Of a DNA stretch of 64,000 bases, positions 52,007 through 64,000 are shown piece by piece (the stretch's first letter is position 1; each line of letters begins with the position of its first letter). The stretch comes from the human T2T-CHM13v2.0 reference genome, Homo sapiens. The DNA lies in NCBI RefSeq assembly GCF_009914755.1, contig NC_060927.1; one strand, written 5' to 3'. Below the pieces are notes generated by a model, which had not been told where the DNA came from, did not search any database, and worked only from the letters and a program-made list of their open reading frames with translations. The position numbers and the translations under genes are program-made.

Positions 52007-52428
52007 TGTGAAGGGTTAAACTATGTTCCTTAAAAATTTGTACATTGAAGTTCTAACCCCTAGTACCTCAGAATGTGAAATTAGGAGAGGACTGTGGCAG
52101 ATTTAATTCATTAAGATGCAGCCATACTGGAGTAGGGGAGGACCCTAATCCAATATGACTGATGTCCTTAAGAAGGGAATAAATTTGGGGACAAACATAC
52201 ACACAGGAAGAATGTCATGCAAAGATTGGAATTATGCTGCCACCAGCCAAGCAACTACCAGACACTAGGAGAGAAGTCTGGAACACAACCTTCCGAGCGA
52301 GGATGGCCCTGCCAACACCTTGATCTTGGAATTCTAGCCTGCAAGCCTGTGAGATTATAATAATGTTATTTTGTTTAATTCGTTCAGTTTGTGGTACTTT
52401 GTCACAGCAGCCCTATCAAACTAATACA
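52007..52428 (+). mobile_element. MLT1B-like MaLR solo LTR
   Basis: TG...actaataCA termini with perfect 5-bp TSD gtatg (52002-52006, 52429-52433). Confidence 0.85.
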
Positions 52429-52620
52429 GTATGGCTAATAATCAAAACATCGTTGCTTTTTCTTGCCTATTATAAACCCATTAAGTTATTATTCATACGT
52501 AATTCCTTTGCTGTAATGTGATATTCTTTTTTCAAGTTATAAGATAGACTAATAGTGCAGATCTAAGATTTTATGTAGTATTGGATAAATAAAAATGTTT
52601 CCTATTAAAAACCCAGTATA

Positions 52621-52921
<301 letters not shown>

Positions 52922-53294
52922 TCATTTTTAACACATATATGAAAATGTCATTGTAAAACTGAGACCAATCTTATTCATAGGAGTGCCTTATATACCAGCT
53001 AGTATGTAGCCTTTAGCTTTTTCCTGGAAATGTAGCTTTGCTGGCTCACGGTTCTGACTTCAGTATTTATCATACTTTTTGAGCCTATAGCCTTATAACC
53101 TTTTTGAGTTGCCTAACTCCCAGACCAACTTCTTTCAAAAACAGAGGTGTTCTATGATTCCTTTCTGCCATCAGACGGCACTTACATGATCACCAATGAA
53201 CACTCCAGCTTCATTTGGAAACCCTGACATCAAATAATCTAACTAAATATACACATAAACCTTTTTACAGGGAACTTAAAAAGTACTAATGTCA

Positions 53295-53534
<240 letters not shown>

Positions 53535-54365
53535 TCAAAACTTTATCCATATAAGATTACAAATTTATAAAGCCAATGGATGAAGAAATGAAACTAGTGA
53601 ATTTCTGTTTTACAACCCAGGCATAATTTAAGTTTAAATAAAAGATAACTAATTTATAGAAATAAACTCATCTGCAACATAATTTTCTCTACCTCAGCTT
53701 GGCTTGTTAACACTTTCCATTTAAACACAGCCTCATCCTAACTAACAGAAGAAAGGATTTCAGTTCTATCTTCAACAACTCCTTTCTCCTACTCCTAAAA
53801 ATACACACGTAAGGGCACACTAATCAAGCCTAAACCTCTCTACTGATCATCAAATATGAGTATATATAAATGCATCCTTAGTACCTTTACTTAAATGTGT
53901 CAAAGGTACCTTAGATGTTTTAGATGTTTACAATCAATTTGTGATCTTTACCCCCATATATGGTCCTCTCCCTTTGTTCCTCACCTCAGAGAGTTGCACA
54001 ACCTCCAAACCCTGAAAAACATACTAATCCTACCAAACTCATTGAAGTCCATTAAAAATGTACTTTGTGAATTTCCAATTGACCTATCCTCCCCAGCCAC
54101 AGTGATAATGTACTTTTAAACGTTCACTTGTATTTGTAAATCTTATTAAACACTTTCAAATTTGTTTCACATCCTCTGACAAACAGGTATGACACAAACC
54201 TCAAACTTCTGTCTGTTCATATTTGTTTTCATCATTGAGATAGTGAGAATATGGGAAATACAGGTAAAGGAACAAGACAGTTTGAGCTGGTAAATAATTT
54301 CCCCTTTTTGCTCCTTTTAGGTTATTCATGTGCAAGTATGAACATTTGGTTATTAAAAAAACTGA

Positions 54366-54767
<402 letters not shown>

Positions 54768-57005
54768 TAATTACATATGTAAACATATGTGTTTTCTAAA
54801 TACATATAGTATGTATGTATGCTGTATCTGTATTTCTATCTACACGTATACTCAATTTGTTATTCGGAAACTCTATCTACATTTTGATCAGTTCTATGTT
54901 ATTAAATAATTGCTGCTGTCCTTAAACCAAAATATAAGGTAAAAAACCTGAAAAACAAATGTAAACATCCTGAAAAAACAAACGTGTTTAAGTTAGTGAC
55001 CATTACAATGCAAAATTATAATGCAAAAATCCTGAAAAACAAATTTATTTAAATTAGTGACCAGAAATGGATTTTTCAGGATTTTTGCATTAGAAATGAA
55101 TTAAATGAAAATGTTTCTTTCCCTGTGGTAGTGTCTCAAACAGTAAACTGAGAAATATTCTTGTGTTTCAAAATATAAGACAGTGATTTTGAGTTTTGTG
55201 TGTTGCCAGTAGTAGTATATTGGACTACACTATGAAAGTTTAAAATAATTTGTAAAATTAAACTGTATAAGGAAAGAGAACAGCTCAAAGACAAGAGGAA
55301 TCTGGAGCATTCCAACTACTCAAGCTGATAATACTAGTTTATCAGTGTTTGTTATGAGCATATGAAGTGACACCCAAAGGAGCTTAATTCAGTATCTACC
55401 TCTACATACCTAACGCAAAATGACTTGAATATCCAGGAGCTGAAAAGCATTAAAATTAACACCAACCCTGGTTGCAATTCACCAGTGGAAACTGAGGCAC
55501 GGCTTTTTAAAAACTTCATAGCTTTTACTTTCAGCTGTATATCTTCTTGTGAACCCAGATCCCAAACTCCAAATGTCATTATTTAATGACTCTCCTTCCA
55601 TCCCAGATACATAAACAGTAAAGTAATCAACATACTAAAACAGACAAGACATGTTAAAAATGATCAATATATCTTCGGAAACATATTAGGTATAATACAG
55701 CAGTGTTTACTGAGATAAAATATTTTTAAACCTGTAAAACTGAGACTTCATTGAATAACACATAAACAGCTATTAAAAACAAACCTCAAATTAAATGACA
55801 GACATAAAATGAGGATTATGATGTTTTAATTGAGTCCACTGAAAAAGACTTATCTCTGCATAGAATTGGTACTTATCAAATTTTCCTGGTATTACTAAAA
55901 AAACCTTTTTGTAAGTTAATAATCCTGCAGGAATTCAGCCATCATAATGTGACATCAGCTCTTAAGTGGCTTCTTCTTGTCTAGCAAGGAGAAGAATACG
56001 TCCTTCATTTAGCTTTCACATTTTAACTGCTGACTATAAAATGGTAAATATGTTCTAGTACAGTGGTACTGATAGTGTCGTCTGCAAATGGGTGCTGACC
56101 ACAACAAGTTTATTAGAAGGTCATTATGAGCAAAAAATTGAAAACATTTAGAAGTTTTTATAGCAATCTGACAATTTAATGCCTGTTGATTTTAATAACA
56201 TGACACTAATAAATACATATATACTATTTCCACCGCATTTTACAAAAGTACTAGGTTGTGACAGATTCGTAATTAAAAACTAGTCATTCATCATAGCTAA
56301 AGAAGCACTTATTTAAAGTCCTGTCCATTCATCTAACAATCCAGCATATACTGAGCATTGTTCTAGTTATTAGAGATACACAAGTGAACAAAACAAACAA
56401 CTTCCTTTTGTGATTTTTACATTCTAGTGAGGAAAAGAAGACAATAAATGAATAGGTAATATGCAAATGAAAAAACCACGTCAGTTAATGATTAAGGGGG
56501 TGCTATTTTAGATGGTCATTTGGGAAGGCCTCTCTGAGACCTTGACATTTGAGCATGAAGTGAAGGAATGGTCACGTGATTCCACAGCAGAACAGCTTTC
56601 CAGGGACAGTTATAAGGTAAACTGTTGGGAGGAGGGTACTCACTACAGAGTATAGTATTTAGTCTGGTTGGAGCACAGAGGTAGTCAGAGGCAGAAGAAG
56701 ATACTTAAAAGGAAGGAAGAGGCCAGATTATAAGAGAGTTACTAGGATCCAGTTAACCTATCCTCTCCTTAAGGCTCATGAATTAAATCTAAGCAGGGTA
56801 AGATGTCCTAGAGAATGTGGAGTGATGTGAAACAGTCTGAATTAGATTTTAAACTGATGTGTGACCAGAGTATAGGACAGTAAAACTGGAAGAAGGGAGA
56901 CTAAATAGGAGCAGTGAGGCAGAGCTGAAAATATTTTGCTCAAAGTTTGCAATAATGAGTCTTAGGTTTTTGCCTTTGGCAACTCAGTGAAATGATGCTG
57001 GCTTA

Positions 57006-57428
<423 letters not shown>

Positions 57429-57699
57429 TTACAATGAAGGAAATGAGATAAATGGAAAGGGCAAAGATAATTAGAAATATTTTTGTTTATTAGTTATGTA
57501 AGTGGAAATGCCTAGTAGACACACATTTGGAAGTCATTATCAAAGACACTGGTATTCAGAACCATAAAACTAGATGGAAATTAGAAAAAGGTGGTATTAT
57601 TTGTGTGTTGTAAACAAAAGATCACCAAGATATTTGTTAATGGAAAAATACAGACAAGATAGCCTTACAGTGTGTATATGCTATCATTTGTGCAAAAGA

Positions 57700-57930
57700 A
57701 TGTATTATTTATTTTTACTTGCCAGTCACTCTTCCAAGCCGTATAAACATACTTATTCATTTACAACTCACAAATCTACGAAGGAAGTACTATTATTAGT
57801 TCCTTTTCACATTAAGAGAAAACTGAGGCACAGATCAGCTAAAAGACTTGATGGTTACATAGCAATTGGTGGACATAGAATTTGAGTATAGGCAGCCTTG
57901 CTCCATAGTCCCAGCTCTTAAACACACCAT
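57700..57930 (-). mobile_element. MIR remnant
   Basis: tactattattagttcc...gagaaaactgaggcacaga...gaatttgagtataggcagc. Confidence 0.7.
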
Positions 57931-58079
57931 ATTGTCTCTCACTGAATGTGTATTTGCTATTATTTGCATATAACATGTTTAGAAAAACGTAAGAAACTGG
58001 CAACTTTGGTTGTCTTCAAGGAAGTTAATTTGAAGGTCAGAGACAGGGGTGAAAGAATAACATTTCACCATATAAAATT

Positions 58080-58388
58080 TTTTTACTTTTTGTTTTTCTT
58101 TTGAGACAAGGTCTTGCTCTGTCACTCAGAATAGAGCACAGTGGTGCAATCACAGCTCCCTGCAGCCTCGACCCCCACCAGGCTCAAGTGATCCTCTCAT
58201 CTCAGCCTCCTGAGTAGCTGGGACTACAGCTACCACCATGCCCAGCTAATTAAAAAAAAAATTTTTTTGTAGAGATGGGGGTCCCACTATATTGCCCAGG
58301 TTGGTCTTGAACTCCTGGCCTCAAGTGATTCTCCCACGTCAGCCTCCCAAAGTGTTGGAATTACAGGGATGAACCGTAGTGCCTGGTC
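58080..58388 (-). mobile_element. AluJ
   Basis: Diverged dimer. Confidence 0.85.
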
Positions 58389-59044
58389 TACTTTGAATTT
58401 TAAATCATGTGACTATATTATTTTCCTACTCATCACTATTTTTTAATAAAAATAATGTCTATGAAATTGGTTTTCACTTTATTCAATAAGGAGTGAATAC
58501 ATTAAAAAAACCTGTCTGAAGATTGAGTGTCAAGATAACTCGATATTTGCAGTTTAGCTTTCTAAAATCACCAGGACAATGTGGTATTCCAGAAAACAAG
58601 TGAAGACAGTGTTCCAAGGAGAAAAAATGGTAGCTGTGTCTTTCCAAAGAAAAAAAGATGACAACTGGAGCTGCTCACTGATTTGGGCAATAAGAAGGTA
58701 ACTGCTGACCTCAACAGGAGAGGTAGTGAAGTAGTAGAGACAGAAACCTAATAGGAGAGGACTGAGTGGAGAGAGTGAATATAAATAATTCTGAGATTTG
58801 CTATAAAGAAAAGGAGAAAAATGAAACTGGGGCTAGAGGAACGTGAGGGAACAAGGTACAGTGTAATGGTTAGTCTTATGTGTCCAGGCATGGCTAGACT
58901 ATCACAGTCAATTACTTAATCAAACACTAATGCAGGAATTTTGTAGATATTCCTTGAAGGAATTTTGTAGATATTTTGTATGGTTAACACCTATAATCTC
59001 CTTTAAATAAAGGAGATTACCCTCAATAATGTGAGTGGGTCTCA

Positions 59045-59432
<388 letters not shown>

Positions 59433-59568
59433 ATCCTGAGTTTCTAGCCTGCTCCACAGATCTCAGACTCAAGACTGCACGACTCCTGTCTGATTTCCAG
59501 CTTGCTGGGGTACCCTACAAATTTCCGATTTGCAAGTTCCCACAATTGTGCTGAGCCACATCAGTGAA

Positions 59569-59642
59569 ACGTGTGTACGTGTGTGTGTGTCTGTGTGCGC
59601 GCGTGCGCGAGAGAGAGAGAGAGAGAGAGACAGAGACAGAGA
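59569..59642. repeat. (TG)n(CG)n(GA)n compound microsatellite
   Basis: Directly visible, inside MLT2. Confidence 0.9.
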
Positions 59643-61005
59643 AAGATGCAAGAATATCTCTTAGTTCTGTTTCTCTGGGGGAACCCAGACTGACACAAAG
59701 GGTTCCTAAAAGATGGGAGCTATTAGCAAAATAATGAGTTATCTAATAAAAGAAAGAAATTTTGAAGTAATGAGAGTGAGAACAACTTGAGAGACAAAGT
59801 TCTTGAGAAGGTGAAAAGGGATCAGATTCACAGTACAAGTACAAGCATTGGCCTTAGAGGCCACTGTAGTTAAGAAAACAGATAGAGGATAAGAGTATAA
59901 CTGCAGCTAGATAGGTAGGTAGGCTTAATCCCTGAAGGATTCTCTTTCGACTATCCCGATTAAACAGGCAAGATAATCAGCTAAATGTGAAGACTGGATA
60001 GGAAATGTAGCTTTGAGGAGAAAGTATAAAACAATTTTGTTAGGATGTGGAAATAACCCTGGAGTATAATACACTAAGGGGATTGCTAGGCAGCATTAAA
60101 GGACCACTTGGAAAAAAAAAAAAAAAAAAGTAAAGCCCAGCCCTTATGGTATGTATTTTTCTCCAGCCACTTTCAGCTCTGCTGCAGGTATGGGAGAGAT
60201 GGTTGTATGGGGTTTTCCTACGGAATATGAAAGAGGAAGACAGAAGCAAGGAAGTTGACGGTATGAAGGAAGATGTAATTATAATAAAGAATGATAAAAT
60301 CTAAGTGGGAAAAATAAAGGCAGTGAGGACAAGAAGAGTGTGAAGAACATTAAAAACATAGTGTCAAAGTATTTAAAATCACAATTAAAAAAACAGTTGA
60401 GTGGAAACACAGAAGAAAACACTGGAACAAAAGGAGAGTTCATCAGGAAATGGGATGCCTAAAACGAAGTCGAAGGACACTGACCCTTTTAATCAATAAC
60501 CAACAATTTGCATTTCTGTCTTGCTAAACATAAAACTGAAAAGTAAAAAACTGCATTTATATTTAGTGATACCTATTATACCTTTGAAAACTATTGTTAT
60601 ACACCTTGGAAATATGTCTGATATAGTGGAACAAACTAGATTTTTAAAGAGAGAGGTGATTATAGTACTTTATTTTTACAATGCTTATTTTTTTTAAAAG
60701 GGATCTTATGACAAACTACCAGTTTCCAAATGACATAGATTTAACAAATCCATTTATCTCTTAAAAAACAATTTTTCTGGAAAGCAGTGTTGCAGTTCCA
60801 CAAAGACCTAAAAACAGAACTACCATTCAACCCATCAATCCCATTACTGGGTATATACCTGATATGGCTTGGCTCTGTGTCTCCACCCAAATCTTACCTC
60901 GAATTGTAATCCCCATAATCCCCACATGCCAAAGCGGGACCAGGTGGAGGTAACTGGGATCATGGGGGCAGTTTCCCACATGCTCTTCTCATGATAGTGA
61001 GTTCT

Positions 61006-61296
61006 TTGGATTATTTTTCTTATTTTTTGAGATGGAGTCTCATTCTGTCGCCCAGACGGGAGTGCAGTGGTGCGATCTCAGCTCACTGCAACCCCCGCCT
61101 CCCTGGTTCAAGTGATTCTCGTGCCTCAGCCTCCCTAGTGGCTGAAATTGCAGGCGCCCACCACCAGCCCAGCTAATTTTTGTATTTTTAGTAGAGATGA
61201 GGCTTTCACCATGTTGGCCAGGCTGGTCTCGAATGATCTGCCCTCTTCGGCCTCTAAAAGTGTTAGCATTACAGGCGTGAGCCACTGCACCCAGCC
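61006..61296 (-). mobile_element. Alu within THE1 LTR
   Basis: TSD atagtgagttct (60994-61005, 61298-61309). Confidence 0.9.
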
Positions 61297-61330
61297 AATA
61301 GTGAGTTCTCACGAGATCTGATGGGATGTC

Positions 61331-61792
<462 letters not shown>

Positions 61793-62691
61793 TGAGATCT
61801 GACGGTTTTATACGTCTCTGGCATTTCCCCTGCTTGCACTCACTTCCATCCAGCTGCCCTGTGAAGAATGTGCCTGCTTCTCCTTTGCATTCTGCCATGA
61901 TTGTAAGTTTCCTGAGGCTTCCCTAGCAATGCAGAACTGTGTGTCAATTAAATCTCTTGCCTTTATGAATTACCCAGTCTAGGAGAATTCTTTATAGCAG
62001 TATGAAAACAGACTAATACAACACCCAAAGGAATATAAATCATTCTATCATAAAGACACATGGATGCACATGTTCACTGCAGCACTACTCATACTGGTAA
62101 AGACATGGAATCAACCTTAATGCCCAGCAATGGTAGACTGGTTAAAGAAAATGTGGTACATATACACCATGGAAGGCTTTGCAGCCATAAAAAAGAACGA
62201 GATCCTGTCTTTTGCAGGGACATGGATGGAGCTGGAGGCCATTATCCTTAGCAAACTAATGCAGGAAAGGAAAACCAAATACCTCATGTTCTCACTTATA
62301 AGTGGGAGCTAAACGATGAGAAAGCATGAACACACAGACAGAAACAACAGACAGTGAGGTCTAATGGAGGATGGAAGTCTAGAGGAGGGAGAGAGTCAGG
62401 AAATGTAACTAATGGGTACTAGGCTTAATACCTGGGTGACAAAATAATCTGTACAACAAGTCCCTGTGACATAAGCTTTCCTATATAACAAACCTGCACA
62501 TGTACCCCTGAACGTCAAATAAAAGTTAAAAAATCAATTTTCATCTTCAACAAACTCAGAAAATACATGTAACCCCTAACCACAATATAAGAATATATTA
62601 ATATGGACAGCAGGAGGATGAGCAGAGAGCATTTAAAATCACAGAAAGGGTAGAAAAACATGATAACCATATCTCTAAGAAAAACAAGCAC

Positions 62692-63041
<350 letters not shown>

Positions 63042-63785
63042 CTATTTTAGCTTAGTAGAATCCAGACACCATCAGCTATTAGAAGTAGTAGGTTCCATAG
63101 AAGATGAAGTGTGTTATGGTCTGAAAATAGGAATATTATCTCAAAGTCTGTATAATAAGCAATTAAATCCCCAAGTCTCTACTCCAAGCCAGGCAGTCAA
63201 GCAATTCCTTTATGACACATTCATTTTGGAAGTCCAGACATTTATCTTCTCAAGAAAATAAACCAAAAATCCAGAGTCATCAGACATATGTGTGTGATTA
63301 TGTTTGGTTTGTGTGAGTGCCCTGAGTGTTTCTTCATTCTATCTAACTCCAAAAGAGCAGACAGCAGCCAAGCTTAAGTGGACTGGAAGATCCTTCTGCA
63401 AAGAGGCTGAACTTCTCCAGGGAAGACAGTGATCACTAACAACAATTGAGGATCTATAAAAAAAAAAAAAACTAACTGACCACCAGACTGCTCGATAGTG
63501 ATGCTCACCAATCTGGAAGCCAGAGTCAATGTCCCATCATGCCAGAGGTGAACACACACACCCCTCTGCTATTGAGCTTTTTAGTATCTCACTATCAACA
63601 ATAACTACAGAGCCAAGAAACAAATATTTGAGGAAAATGTCCAATATGAATTACAGTTTAAAAAGCAGAGAATAAGAAGAAAAAAGGTTAGGACTGACAG
63701 CAGAAGAAAACCTCAGAGAAATAATTAATACCATCAACGAAAAGGTATCTACGAAACACAGAATATTTCAAAAAAGGGAGACTTG

Positions 63786-64000
63786 GGCCGGGTGTAGTGG
63801 CCCAAGTGGCGGGGTGTAGGGCCTCCCAGCCCTTTGGGAGGCCGAGGCAGGCAGATCACCTGAGGTCAGGAGTTCGAGACCAACTGGCCGACATGGTGAA
63901 ACCACATCTCTACTAAAAATGCAAAAATTAGCCAGGCATGGTGGCACATGCCTGTAATCTCAGCTACTCAGGAGGCTGAGGTCGGAGAGTATCCCTTGAA
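63786..64000 (+). mobile_element. Alu (AluS; truncated by window edge)
   Basis: Alu sequence with rearranged 5' end. Confidence 0.88.

Overview
Primate (almost certainly human) genomic DNA from the middle of STAG1 (cohesin subunit SA-1), which is transcribed on the minus strand. Seven consecutive coding exons are present (152, 74, 124, 99, 80, 108 and 115 nt, all GT-AG and frame-consistent; probably exons 8-14, about residues 226-476). They include the STAG/SCD region and the CES pocket. The introns are dominated by retroelements. One is a full-length young LINE-1 (L1HS, ACG/A type) with a 15-bp TSD and open ORF1, ORF2 and ORF0, lying in the same orientation as STAG1. An oppositely oriented 5.2-kb L1PA5-like copy is also present, along with an old L1MA4-like copy interrupted by a HERV-K-class solo LTR, several MaLR/ERVL LTRs, DNA-transposon fossils, MIR/L2 remnants and about 40 Alus. 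There are no prokaryotic systems, CRISPR arrays or RNA genes. The most interesting observation is architectural: the two inverted L1s bracket exactly three exons totalling 303 nt. That cassette could be skipped, or back-spliced into a stop-free circle, without changing frame. Repeat subfamily names and residue numbering come from recalled consensus sequences, not from a database search.
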